DNA of 60,253 bases from contig JBBSSJ010000001.1 in the NCBI GenBank assembly GCA_038242095.1, positions 1 through 60,253 of the forward strand, in the 5' to 3' direction. The number at the start of each line of letters is the position of its first letter. The first letter of the stretch is position 1. The position numbers and the translations under genes are program-made. The notes below the pieces were generated by a model. The model was not told the DNA's origin and searched no databases. It worked only from the letters and a program-made list of their open reading frames with translations. This DNA comes from Cytophagales bacterium. GTDB taxonomy: Bacteria; Bacteroidota; Bacteroidia; Cytophagales; Spirosomataceae. Below are positions 39,791 through 49,744 of the stretch, piece after piece.

Positions 39791-39871
39791 GGGTAGTGGT
39801 CTCAGTTTTGACCGCAATAGTACCAATTATTCCATTTTTATGCAATACAAATGTCGTATCTGGACACGGTG

Positions 39872-40330
39872 TTATTTTGTGAGTACATAAATTTTGGCCA
39901 GGTCGCCTTCGATTTTTTTGCCAGACATATCCAACAGTACCAGCCTGTTTTCGCCTACCAAATACTGATTGGGAGCTTCTTGACCTTCTAGTCGGATGTT
40001 TCTGCCCGCCTCGTCCCAGCGATACTTTCCTTGTTCCTCAAAGCTTCTGGGGGAGTCTTTTCCCAAATAGGTGCTGGTCTTGTGATAGGTGCTATCCGTG
40101 TATAGCGTTAGCGAAACCTCGATTCCTTCACAATCGGCGCAGGGCAACATTCCGGTGTAAGTACCCGCGTAGTCGAGCGAATTGCGAGCATTATGCCCAT
40201 CGATCATCATTGCTGTTTCGGCGACAGCTGATGAGTCAGCACTATCCTGAGTGGTATTGGCCGTGTTGAAACCTACCATAATCGAAACGGACAAAAAAAG
40301 GAATAAAAAGGATGTTTTTAAAAATTTCAT
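39872..40330 (-). CDS. NlpE/CutF N-terminal domain protein
   Basis: HNARNSLDYAGTYTGMLPCADCEGI. Confidence 0.9.
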   Translation of the reverse strand: MKFLKTSFLFLFLSVSIMVGFNTANTTQDSADSSAVAETAMMIDGHNARNSLDYAGTYTGMLPCADCEGIEVSLTLYTDSTYHKTSTYLGKDSPRSFEEQGKYRWDEAGRNIRLEGQEAPNQYLVGENRLVLLDMSGKKIEGDLAKIYVLTK

Positions 40331-40369
40331 TTTACCGAAGAATGGCTGTGCAGCGTAGTGTCAATTGTT

Positions 40370-40860
40370 GAAATTGACTACCTCCCAAAACGCTTTTTGG
40401 GGTTAATACTCCTAATCGAAAAGCAAAGGTAAATCCTTCGGGCCTTTTAGGGGGAAAGTATCGAGCCAGAAGTGACGCTCGGAAATGTTCCAGAATGGAA
40501 CGCCGGATATCTGCGCCTTGTGCTCGCATAATACTTCAAAAATCATATTATATTTATCGACATGAAATTGTTCCTTTTCGGGCGTAAAGGCCGTTGTATG
40601 GCTGGCGCGGCGTTCGCGACGATTCCAGCCTTTGGGATGCACCAACACGTCGGGTTCGGTAATCTGGACGGTTAGGCCGAGGCTGGCGAAGCGCTCGATG
40701 GATTAACACCAGACCCGCCGCCGTAAGGTCGTCGTAAATTGACCAGTGTCCGGGTAAACCAACGCCGCGAATCGGTAACCTTTTGCTTATAAATCTTTTA
40801 GCATGGCGCAAACATGGTCGCGCTGGAAGGCTTTTCTGTACCGAAATCATGGTAGAAAAG
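40370..40860 (-). pseudogene. Decayed GH10 endo-1,4-beta-xylanase, C-terminal half
   Basis: Across frameshifts and stops: LFYHDF.TEKP / RDHV..MLKDL*AKG / PIRGVGLPGHWSI / LGLTVQITEPDV / ISGVPFWNISERHFWLDTFPLKGPKDLPLLFD*..PQKAFW, matching the GH10 motifs LFYNDY, GxQxH, ITELD, VTFW, PLLFD. Confidence 0.85.
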
Positions 40861-40873
40861 TGTTTCATTTGAG

Positions 40874-41404
40874 TCAATTTGTTTTGAGGCTTTCAAATGA
40901 TTTTGCTACCTCACGGAAAGTATTGCCGGCCACTCTTGAGCTTTGGTCGGGCTTTATCGAGCCGCTTCGTAAAGCGTCCATCACGGCGCACATGGCCATG
41001 CGGCTGCTCGAATATTGTTTCAGAAAAGCTTCGCTGACTGGTATTCTGCTTTGCGACATTTTCTCCACATAAGCTTTCAAAGCCGAGGAAATTACCATCG
41101 GGTTGTTGTTTTTATTGGCCGCCATCCGGTCCAGCGTAACAGCGTCGGTCTGCGCGGCCTGGGCCAGTTGGCCGGCTAGTTCGTTTTGATTTTCGACATT
41201 GGCTTTTTCTGAGACGTAGAGCCATTGTAGCTTGTCGAGCGGGCACCCTTTATCCAGCGTGTTGTCATCAGTGTCAGGTTGGGCGTTGGCGTCGACTCGG
41301 GCATTGGTGCCGCCTGGCAGGGTAGTTTGGGAAGGAGAAGTAGGGGCACACTGGGTGAGTAGGAGTAAGCTTGTGAAAGCCACGATCATTTTGGGAATTT
41401 TCAT
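40874..41404 (-). CDS. Hypothetical lipoprotein
   Basis: MKIPKMIVAFTSLLLLTQC lipobox; helical body. Confidence 0.7.
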   Translation of the reverse strand: MKIPKMIVAFTSLLLLTQCAPTSPSQTTLPGGTNARVDANAQPDTDDNTLDKGCPLDKLQWLYVSEKANVENQNELAGQLAQAAQTDAVTLDRMAANKNNNPMVISSALKAYVEKMSQSRIPVSEAFLKQYSSSRMAMCAVMDALRSGSIKPDQSSRVAGNTFREVAKSFESLKTN

Positions 41405-41758
41405 AAGGCAGTAGTTTATTTATGTGGTCAAGATGAAGGGTTCCGCTGGTCGTTTAGCGGACCATGGTCAGATAGGATGTGACTTTCTACCCGAAGGCCC
41501 AATCTATGAATAAAAAGTATACTAATTTGGGTAGAACCTTGCCTGAGTTGTTTCTTACTTCCCCAATTCTTTTCCCATTTTCACCTGGTACGCTTTTAGA
41601 GCAACTTTAGGCGTTAATATATGCCGCTAAAACGGCGTAAAATTCTTTTACCGAAAGGACGTCTCTCAAAATTGTACGACCAGCATCCTGAAGGCTATTT
41701 CTACTTATCAATATTTTTACAAAAGCAAAAAGAAGAGTAACCACTAAAAATTATTACC

Positions 41759-44700
41759 ATGAGAAAACCATTTAACCATTTAAAGAAGCAGATTGCAATT
41801 TGTGCGATCTTGCTTTCTGCCGCAGCCTCTCCCGGCTTCGCTCAGGTCAAGGGAATCAGTTATACTATTTCGCCCACTGGCGAATACGTTTTTTGGAACA
41901 AAAATACGGGTATTAGTGACGGATTCCTGGTGGGCGGTCACCTTGGCTTCGGCTTTGGTGAGTTCATCGAATTAAGGGGTACATATCTGCAAGATGTAGG
42001 TAACCTCAAACGAGATTTTAGCGGCCTGAGTGCTATGGGTCTGCGCAACGCCAAGCTGGATTCATTCAACATCGGTGTAACACGCTGGGGTGGGGACATT
42101 AAACTTAACCTCAGCCGTGGAAGTTTGGTCCCTTACCTTACCATCGGTACCGGAGTACAAACGCTTAGCCCCGACACGCTAACCAAGTACAAGAACATTT
42201 ATGTAGCTGCCGGAGCTGGATTCCAGCTCAGCGGAGGTGATCGTTATACATTTAACGTACAGGCGGTCAACACCGCCTTCAACGGTTCCCCCGTACGTAG
42301 CCTCACTTCTGCCGCCGAGCGCACTGCCAACGGGCTGTTGCTTTCGGATTACTCCAATGAAATGCTGCGGAACTGGTCGGTGCGGGCTTCTTTGAACCTG
42401 TACTTGGGAGGACGCCGTCCCGGCGAGTTAACTGATGTAGACAAGGCTTACCTCAATAACTTCTCTTCCGGCATTAGCTTGCCGATCGAAATAACAGCTG
42501 GTCAGCTTGATTTTGGCAAGGGGCTGCCTTACGCCAATACGAAATATGCCGGTGTGGCTACGGGACTTAACTTTGGCCCTTACGTAGGGCTTCGTGCCTT
42601 CTACTGGCGCGGTCTTGAGGATACTTTCACCTCGAAGTTTACCAAATTGGCACTGTACGGTGGTGAAGGTAAATTTAAGTTAGGCAACGGCCAGGGTCTC
42701 ACTCCTGCATTGTTACTGGGTGGTGGTGTGATTGATGCGATGAAAGGATACCAAACGGATAGTACCGCTACACCTCTTAAGAAGAAGGGATTTGCTTCCG
42801 GCGGTATTGGACTTGATTTTCCCCTGGGTCGTGCGCTCAAACTTACCGCTTATGGTAAGGCGCTGTTGACGTCAAACGATTCTATTCAAAACACTGTATC
42901 TCCCGACCAGCTTGCTACAAGCTTTGCTTACGGTCTGAGCCTTAACCTTATTATTGGAAATGGCGCTAAGGATGTGGAAACTCAGAAAGAAAAATCCTAC
43001 GATGAGCTGGTGATGAATACCATGAAGCGGGAGAAAAACCGCGCCGAAGATTTGAAAGACGATTACCAGAAGCGCATCGATCGTCTCGACGACCAGATTA
43101 AAGATACCCGCAAAAATGGTGACCGCCGGATGGCTTATGAATTGGAAGACGAGCAGGATGCGCTTAAAAAGCAAATCAATAAGATTGAAGATTTGCAGGA
43201 GAAAGAGGAAAGTTCTAACAAAGACGCTAACAAAAAGGACGATCCATTGCTAATGAAAATGAAGCCGACTGATTTTGGCAACGAACTCGATGATATTGAG
43301 CAAGATGTAAAACGTAGCCGCAGCAGTAATTCTTCGGGACGTGACAACGGCCGGATGAATGATCGTAACAACGATCGTATGAATAATCGCGACCAACAAA
43401 ATGGTATGGGAGATCAGGACATCCAGATGCTGGAAGACCGTTTGAAGTCAATTGAGCAAAAGCTTGACGATCTACAGGGCAACGGACAGCAGAATCGTCA
43501 GAACCGGAGGGACAATGGCAACAACGACAACTACAATCGAGATTCCCAGAACTATCCCAACGGCGACTACCGCAACGGTAACTACAACGACGGTAATGGC
43601 AACTACAACGATCGGAACAACAACCGCAATGGTAACAACGACGATCGGAATAACAACCGCAACGGTAATAACGATGGCCGGAATAACAACCGCAACGGTA
43701 ATAACGATGGCCGGAATAATAATCGCAACGGTAATAACGACGATCGGAACAACAATTCTCGGAATAGCAACAATGATGGTCGGAACTTCGACAATCGGAA
43801 CAACAATTCCCGGAATGGTAACTACGATGACCGCAACAACAATGATCGTAATACTAATCGTAGAAATGGCAACGACGACGATTCCCGGTATGACCAAAAC
43901 AGCAACAATCGGGACAACGGAAACAACTCGGGTCGTAGCTTCGGTAGCAATGGGGGCAGTAGCCGCAACGGCGACGCTCGCCCTGATACCAACGATAAGT
44001 TTACCAAGTTAAAGTCGGAGCGTGACAATGGTGAAAACATGCGGAAGGCTTACGAGGATCGTATCGAATCTTTGGACCAGGAAATTGCAGACGCCAAAGA
44101 TAAGGGCGACAATGACTTGGAGTCGAAGAAAAAAGATGAGAAGAGTTCGATGGAAGATGCAGTGAAGCAAATCCGCGACGCGCAGGATAAGGAAGATCGC
44201 GCCAACCGCAAAGCTATCCGCAACAACAATCCTGAGGATATCAAAATGTCATCGGACGACTTCCGCTCAATGATGGACGACGTGAAGGAGAAAAACAAGG
44301 ATTACCAGCAGGACATCGAACGCTCAATGGATAAGTTTCGGAATAATGCACGTGACGAAATGCGCGACATGCGCGACAACAAAGGTTCCTATCAGCAAGG
44401 CCTTGAGGACGAAATGCGTGATCTCAAAGCTCAGCTTCAGGAAATGCGTGATGGTCGTAACGACGTAAAAAAAAACGACGGGCGTGACAATAACGGGATG
44501 AGCAACAACGACCGTAATGACAAAAATGCCCGCCGCGATAATGACAACCGCGATTCTGACAAAACGGGCGCGGATACGGATGTTTTTGCCAACAGCAGCC
44601 TGAACAACAATTCTGCCGCTAAAACAAGCAATTATCTCACTGAGGAGCAGCAGTCATACGAAGGTCCAACCAAGGCGCAAGATGGGTTTTTTAGTGTTTT

Positions 44701-45100
44701 GAAGTACGATGGAGCTTCGGCAATTGCCGGCTTCAATCTTGGTGGTGCCACTACGTTGAACATCGGTGTTCGGAACCACTACCGTTACAAGAACACTAAT
44801 TTCTCCCTGATGCCGGAGGCCTTCTTCGGTTTTGGATCAAGCAGTGCTTTTGGGCTTTTCGCCAATGGTATCTACGATATCAAAATCAAAAACCGGGAGG
44901 ATTTTATGCCCTACGCCGGACTTGGACTTGGGGTGATGAAAATTGGAAATTCCGATTTGAACAACATCAAAGCAGCTTTCAACATTGTGTTGGGTGCCAA
45001 CCTGTTCAAGATCGCCAACGGACGTTTCTATATTGATGTCTCAGCGCGTAACTTCTTTAAGTACACGCAGCTGGCAGCCGGTTACCGTTTGCCCTTCTAA
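41759..45100 (+). CDS. Large outer-membrane protein: N-terminal beta-barrel-like regions, coiled-coil / Asn-rich repeat core, C-terminal beta-barrel
   Basis: Signal peptide; PYLTIGTG and PYAGLGLG barrel strands; C-terminal GYRLPF aromatic signature; central N/D/R low-complexity region. Confidence 0.85.
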   Translation: MRKPFNHLKKQIAICAILLSAAASPGFAQVKGISYTISPTGEYVFWNKNTGISDGFLVGGHLGFGFGEFIELRGTYLQDVGNLKRDFSGLSAMGLRNAKLDSFNIGVTRWGGDIKLNLSRGSLVPYLTIGTGVQTLSPDTLTKYKNIYVAAGAGFQLSGGDRYTFNVQAVNTAFNGSPVRSLTSAAERTANGLLLSDYSNEMLRNWSVRASLNLYLGGRRPGELTDVDKAYLNNFSSGISLPIEITAGQLDFGKGLPYANTKYAGVATGLNFGPYVGLRAFYWRGLEDTFTSKFTKLALYGGEGKFKLGNGQGLTPALLLGGGVIDAMKGYQTDSTATPLKKKGFASGGIGLDFPLGRALKLTAYGKALLTSNDSIQNTVSPDQLATSFAYGLSLNLIIGNGAKDVETQKEKSYDELVMNTMKREKNRAEDLKDDYQKRIDRLDDQIKDTRKNGDRRMAYELEDEQDALKKQINKIEDLQEKEESSNKDANKKDDPLLMKMKPTDFGNELDDIEQDVKRSRSSNSSGRDNGRMNDRNNDRMNNRDQQNGMGDQDIQMLEDRLKSIEQKLDDLQGNGQQNRQNRRDNGNNDNYNRDSQNYPNGDYRNGNYNDGNGNYNDRNNNRNGNNDDRNNNRNGNNDGRNNNRNGNNDGRNNNRNGNNDDRNNNSRNSNNDGRNFDNRNNNSRNGNYDDRNNNDRNTNRRNGNDDDSRYDQNSNNRDNGNNSGRSFGSNGGSSRNGDARPDTNDKFTKLKSERDNGENMRKAYEDRIESLDQEIADAKDKGDNDLESKKKDEKSSMEDAVKQIRDAQDKEDRANRKAIRNNNPEDIKMSSDDFRSMMDDVKEKNKDYQQDIERSMDKFRNNARDEMRDMRDNKGSYQQGLEDEMRDLKAQLQEMRDGRNDVKKNDGRDNNGMSNNDRNDKNARRDNDNRDSDKTGADTDVFANSSLNNNSAAKTSNYLTEEQQSYEGPTKAQDGFFSVLKYDGASAIAGFNLGGATTLNIGVRNHYRYKNTNFSLMPEAFFGFGSSSAFGLFANGIYDIKIKNREDFMPYAGLGLGVMKIGNSDLNNIKAAFNIVLGANLFKIANGRFYIDVSARNFFKYTQLAAGYRLPF
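43613..43744 (+). repeat. 4 x 33-bp coding tandem repeat (RNNNRNGNND[G/D])
   Basis: CGGAAYAAYAAYCGCAAYGGTAAYAACGAYGRY at 43613, 43646, 43679, 43712; units 2 and 3 identical; degenerate copies on both sides. Confidence 0.92.
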
Positions 45101-45132
45101 CAGACCAGGTTTTTAAGGATATAGCAAGTAAA

Positions 45133-45162
45133 GCGCGAGGATCATTCCTCGCGCCTTTTTTT
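45133..45162 (+). terminator. Rho-independent terminator
   Basis: GCGCGAGGA-TCAT-TCCTCGCGC followed by a T-run. Confidence 0.85.
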
Positions 45163-45536
45163 GTTGCCCTTATTCCACATGAAATAAATGAGCGTGCTGA
45201 CGCTTTCGGTTTGTCCCGCTTGATTCCCCAGGGTCTATGCGCATAGACGAAGCCCGCGTGTTATACTTCCAAATCTCAGGGTATATAGCTGATGATGATA
45301 CGGTGTGCAGCATTTGCTCCTGCGACGAGGTACAGGTCATTAAATTTCAAATTCTTACATCCCTACTGATTTATAGCTGGAATAGCCTGTGATCTCCTGC
45401 TTTTCAAATGCAATACAGGCAGATATCAAACGCTGGCAATAGTATGCTGTAATCAAAAAAGCAGACATCACAAAAGCCCTGAAAGGGCACAATCCTCAGC
45501 GTACGGTTACTACGCACTAAAAGGCTGGGAAGGCAC

Positions 45537-45569
45537 AAAAAAGGGTGGCTGTCCCAAAGGACAACCACC
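45537..45569 (-). terminator. Rho-independent terminator of the porin gene
   Basis: Minus strand GGTGGTTGTCC-TTTG-GGACAGCCACC then CTTTTTT. Confidence 0.75.
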
Positions 45570-45593
45570 TCAACCTAAACAATATTATATTCT

Positions 45594-46265
45594 TTACAGA
45601 ATTGCAAAGCCCACAGTGGCTTGGATTAGGTTGCTCTTCTTACCAAATTTGGTAGCAGTACTAACGTTGTTGTAATTGATATTAACAACGTCGTTGACAT
45701 TACCTTCGTATCGCAAGTCTACGCTCAGTCGGCCAAAGTCTACGCCCACACCGGCTTGATAGCCGATAGCTACGTTCTTGTCAAAGGTAGCGGAAGTATT
45801 GCCGTTGGTATACTTATTAAAAGAATCACTGATTTTACCGCTATCCGACAACCGGAAAGAAGCTACCGGTCCAACATTTACCCGGAAAATCTTGGCAAAA
45901 CGATAACCGAACATTACAGGTACGTCGACATTGCTGAAACGAACATCTACTTTTCCTTCTTCGTTGGTAACGCCTGATTTAAACACGCTGAATTTACCAC
46001 CCTTCTGAGAAATCAGCAATTCCGGCTGTACGTAAAATTCACGTCCAAAACGAGCGTAGATCCCACCGACCAAGCCGAAATTGCGGCTGTCTACATCCTT
46101 GAAATTAAAACCGTTGGTACCCGACCCAAGTGAAAGGTCATTGCCTTTGATATTGGATAGGTTAGCACCCGCCTTGATACCCAACCGGAAGAAGGGATCG
46201 TAATCCTGCGCCGAAGCAGCATAACTTAGAAGTGTGGCTACAGCCACAAGGAACATTTTTTTCAT
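45594..46265 (-). CDS. Porin-family / PorT-like outer-membrane beta-barrel protein
   Basis: Signal peptide; GIKAGANLS, VQPELLISQKG, DVPVMFGYRF, DLRYE. Confidence 0.9.
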   Translation of the reverse strand: MKKMFLVAVATLLSYAASAQDYDPFFRLGIKAGANLSNIKGNDLSLGSGTNGFNFKDVDSRNFGLVGGIYARFGREFYVQPELLISQKGGKFSVFKSGVTNEEGKVDVRFSNVDVPVMFGYRFAKIFRVNVGPVASFRLSDSGKISDSFNKYTNGNTSATFDKNVAIGYQAGVGVDFGRLSVDLRYEGNVNDVVNINYNNVSTATKFGKKSNLIQATVGFAIL

Positions 46266-46522
46266 GGTAAATAAATTTAGTTTGAAACTTAACTACAAAT
46301 TGGACTAAAAAGAGAATGCCATCAGGCAAAAGCAATGAATTAAAGTCAACTTATCTAAGAATTGGGCATAGGATTCCCCGCTTTATCGGATCATGTGCTT
46401 TATTTGGGTATTTAAGATTTAGCATTATAGAATCTGCTGCCGCCGAATGATATATGAAAATTCAAATGTTGCGCTTTTGCTTAAAACCTTACGGATTGGG
46501 ATTGGTTTAGGGTTAAAAACGC

Positions 46523-46530
46523 TATTTTTG
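46523..46530 (+). promoter_or_regulatory. Bacteroidota -7 promoter element for leuS
   Basis: TATTTTTG 38 bp upstream of the ATG. Confidence 0.55.
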
Positions 46531-46567
46531 CCCTACGCGAACCTTAGATACCCAAGTACTCTACTAT

Positions 46568-49399
46568 ATGAATGATCAGCCCGGCACCCTGAACGAATAC
46601 AATCCGCAAGCCATTGAAAAGAAATGGCAGCAGTTTTGGGAACAACACCAGACGTACCGTATCCATATCGATCCTACCCGGCCCAAGTACTACGTGCTGG
46701 ACATGTTTCCCTATCCGTCGGGCGCGGGGCTGCACGTCGGACACCCGCTGGGTTACGTAGCGTCCGATATTTTCTCGCGCTACAAACGGGTGCTGGGTTT
46801 CAACGTGTTGCACCCGATGGGATTCGATAGTTTTGGCCTTCCCGCCGAGCAGTACGCTATCCAAACCGGGCAACATCCCGCCCTTACCACCGGGCAGAAT
46901 ATCACGCGCTACATTGAGCAGTTGAAAAATCTGGGTTTTAGCTACGACTGGAACCGGGAGGTGCGCACCTCCGATCCCGGCTACTATAAATGGACGCAGT
47001 GGATTTTTGAGGAATTATTCAAAAGTTGGTACAACTACAAAACCGATCGGGCCGAACCCATTGAAACCCTCATTCAGGAATTCGGCCACCGGGGCAACAG
47101 CCGCGTGCAGGCAGCCTGCGATGAGGACGTCCCCACATTCTCGGCGGCGGAATGGAAGGCGATGTCGGCGGAAGCGAAGTATGCCTTTACGCTCAAATAC
47201 CGCCTCACCTACGTAGCCGAAGCCACGGTCAACTGGTGCGCCGGATTGGGTTCGGTACTTTCCAACGACGAAGTGAAAGACGGCGTATCGGAGCGCGGCG
47301 GCTTTCCGGTGGAGCAAAAACTCATGCGGCAGTGGATGATGCGCATCACGGCTTACGCCCAGCGGCTGCTCGATGGCCTCAACACCATCGACTGGACCGA
47401 ATCGCTCAAAGAGCAGCAGCGCAACTGGATCGGTCGCTCGGTGGGCGCGATGGTTAAGTTTGGCGTCGACCAGCACGCCGACAAGTCGATCGAGGTCTTC
47501 ACGACCCGCGTCGATACGATCTACGGCGTGACGTTCATGGTGCTAGCGCCTGAGCACGAGTTGGTGAGCAAGATCACCACCAACGCTCAGAAGCAAGAAG
47601 TTGCGGAATACATCGAAAGTACCAAAAAGCGTTCCGAGCGCGACCGCATGGCCGATGTCAAGACGATCTCGGGTGCTTTTACGGGTGCGTACGCGATCAA
47701 CCCTTTCAACGAGCAGCCGGTACCGATCTACATCGCTGATTATGTATTGGCGGGTTACGGCACGGGCGCGGTGATGGCCGTACCGTCGGGCGACCAGCGC
47801 GACTGGAATTTTGCGAAGCATTTCGATCTGCCCATCGTGCCCATCTTGGACGGTCAGCAAAATCTTGAAAAAGAAGCCGACGCAACCAAGGAAGGGAAGT
47901 ACATCAATTCCGGCATCATCGACGGCCTTACCTACGCCGAAGCCACGCCCGTGCTAGTGGCCTGGATGGAAGAGCGGGGTATTGGCAAAGCGAAGATTAA
48001 CTACCGCCTCCGCGACGCCGTATTTGGTCGGCAACGGTATTGGGGCGAGCCCGTTCCCGTGTATTATAAGGAAGGTGAAAACGGCCAGCCACTCCCATAT
48101 TTGATTCCCGCCGATGAATTGCCGCTGGAACTGCCGTCGGTCAACAAGTACCTGCCCACCGAAACCGGCGAGCCGCCGCTGGGCCGCGCGGAAGGCTGGA
48201 AGTACAAAAGTGAATACGCTTATGAGTTGAGCACCATGCCAGGTTGGGCGGGCAGCAGCTGGTATTGGTACCGCTATATGGACCCGGAGAACAATCAGGA
48301 ATTTGCCTCGCCCGAGGCCATCGACTACTGGCGCGATGTTGACCTGTACCTTGGCGGTACCGAACACGCCACGGGACACCTGCTGTACAGCCGATTCTGG
48401 AATAAATTCTTGAAAGACCGCGGTTTCGTGCCGGAAGATGAGCCGTTCAAGAAGCTCATCAATCAGGGCATGATTCAGGGGCGAAGTAATTTTGTGTACC
48501 GGGTCGTCAGTGAAGAATATTCGAAACCCGTTTTTGTGAGCGCAGGCTTGCGGGATCAATACGGCACCACGCCGCTGCACGTGGATGTCAATATCGTAGA
48601 AAATGACGTGCTGGACGTAGCAAAATTCAAGGCCAGTCGCCCGGATATTGCGGGAGAAAACGCCGAATTTATCCTGGAAGCGGGCAAGTACCTGTGCGGC
48701 GTGGAAGTGGAGAAAATGTCGAAGTCCAAGCTAAATGTCGTCAATCCCGATGACATCGTGGCCCGTTACGGCGCCGACACGTTGCGGCTTTACGAAATGT
48801 TCCTTGGTCCGTTGGAACAGGCAAAGCCCTGGAACACCAACGGCATCGACGGTACCTTCCGCTTCATTCGCAAATTCTGGCGACTGTTTTACAACGAAAA
48901 CGGCCAATGGCTGGTGACCGACTACGCGCCTAACAAGGATGAATTGCGGGTTTTGCACAAAACCATCAAAAAAGTACAGGAAGACACCGAGAATTTCTCG
49001 TTTAACACCGCCGTGAGTGCTTTCATGGTATGTGTCAACGAGTTGGGGAGTTTGAAATGCGCCAAAAAATCCATCCTGACGGAACTTGTAATACTGTTGT
49101 CGCCCTACGCGCCGCACGTTACCGAGGAGCTTTACGCGGCGTTGGGCCACGAAGCGGGTACTTTATCGTCGGCCACATTCCCGACCTGGCAAGCAGAGTT
49201 GATGCTGGAAGATGCCTTCGAATACCCCATTCAAATTAACGGCAAGGTGCGCGCCACCATTTCGTTCCCGCTCGATACCATGCCTTCCGACATCGAAAAA
49301 GAAGTACTCGCTAACGAGACCGTCCAAAAATGGATGGAAGGCAAATCACCCAAAAAAGTGATTGTCGTGCCGAAGCGGATTGTAAACGTGGTTATTTGA
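46568..49399 (+). CDS. leuS: Leucine--tRNA ligase
   Basis: [14 protein letters not shown] (HIGH), FTTRVDT editing domain, [14 protein letters not shown]. Confidence 0.98.
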   Translation: MNDQPGTLNEYNPQAIEKKWQQFWEQHQTYRIHIDPTRPKYYVLDMFPYPSGAGLHVGHPLGYVASDIFSRYKRVLGFNVLHPMGFDSFGLPAEQYAIQTGQHPALTTGQNITRYIEQLKNLGFSYDWNREVRTSDPGYYKWTQWIFEELFKSWYNYKTDRAEPIETLIQEFGHRGNSRVQAACDEDVPTFSAAEWKAMSAEAKYAFTLKYRLTYVAEATVNWCAGLGSVLSNDEVKDGVSERGGFPVEQKLMRQWMMRITAYAQRLLDGLNTIDWTESLKEQQRNWIGRSVGAMVKFGVDQHADKSIEVFTTRVDTIYGVTFMVLAPEHELVSKITTNAQKQEVAEYIESTKKRSERDRMADVKTISGAFTGAYAINPFNEQPVPIYIADYVLAGYGTGAVMAVPSGDQRDWNFAKHFDLPIVPILDGQQNLEKEADATKEGKYINSGIIDGLTYAEATPVLVAWMEERGIGKAKINYRLRDAVFGRQRYWGEPVPVYYKEGENGQPLPYLIPADELPLELPSVNKYLPTETGEPPLGRAEGWKYKSEYAYELSTMPGWAGSSWYWYRYMDPENNQEFASPEAIDYWRDVDLYLGGTEHATGHLLYSRFWNKFLKDRGFVPEDEPFKKLINQGMIQGRSNFVYRVVSEEYSKPVFVSAGLRDQYGTTPLHVDVNIVENDVLDVAKFKASRPDIAGENAEFILEAGKYLCGVEVEKMSKSKLNVVNPDDIVARYGADTLRLYEMFLGPLEQAKPWNTNGIDGTFRFIRKFWRLFYNENGQWLVTDYAPNKDELRVLHKTIKKVQEDTENFSFNTAVSAFMVCVNELGSLKCAKKSILTELVILLSPYAPHVTEELYAALGHEAGTLSSATFPTWQAELMLEDAFEYPIQINGKVRATISFPLDTMPSDIEKEVLANETVQKWMEGKSPKKVIVVPKRIVNVVI

Positions 49400-49400
49400 T

Positions 49401-49712
49401 TCAATCCGTTGCGTCTATTTTTCGTAGGATCGTGTGGTCCACGTAAAAGGTACCGAAAGGCAACACACTGGCAAGCAGTACTTTCCATGTGGTTCGGGTG
49501 AACTTCCAATCCCGGGCCACGCTAATCCACAAGGTCAGCAGAACAAATAGGACAAACAGGGCTCCGTGGATGGGCCCGATGGCTTTTACCAGATAGGGAT
49601 CATCACCCCAATACTTGAAAGGCATCGCGATAAAAACTAAAAGGAGAAACGAAACGCCTTCCAGGAAACCCAGCAAACGCAAGCGACCGATTTCGGTGGT
49701 GATAAATTTCAT
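49401..49712 (-). CDS. DUF3817 membrane protein
   Basis: EGVSFLLLVFIAMPFKY, GPIHGALF, LPFGTF. Confidence 0.88.
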   Translation of the reverse strand: MKFITTEIGRLRLLGFLEGVSFLLLVFIAMPFKYWGDDPYLVKAIGPIHGALFVLFVLLTLWISVARDWKFTRTTWKVLLASVLPFGTFYVDHTILRKIDATD

Positions 49713-49744
49713 AGTTCTATAAGTGTGGAATGAGCGCTGAGGTT

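Noticed and set aside
43613-43744. 33-bp repeats as a possible CRISPR array
   Set aside because: Contiguous units without spacers, in frame with synonymous variation, and no cas genes
43452-44012. Thr-rich and Val/Ile-rich ORFs in alternative frames
   Set aside because: Shadow frames of the AAC/AAT-rich repeat inside the 1113-aa OMP gene
45165-45535. 370-bp intergenic gap as an ncRNA or small gene
   Set aside because: No convincing ORF or recognisable RNA family; lies between two terminators
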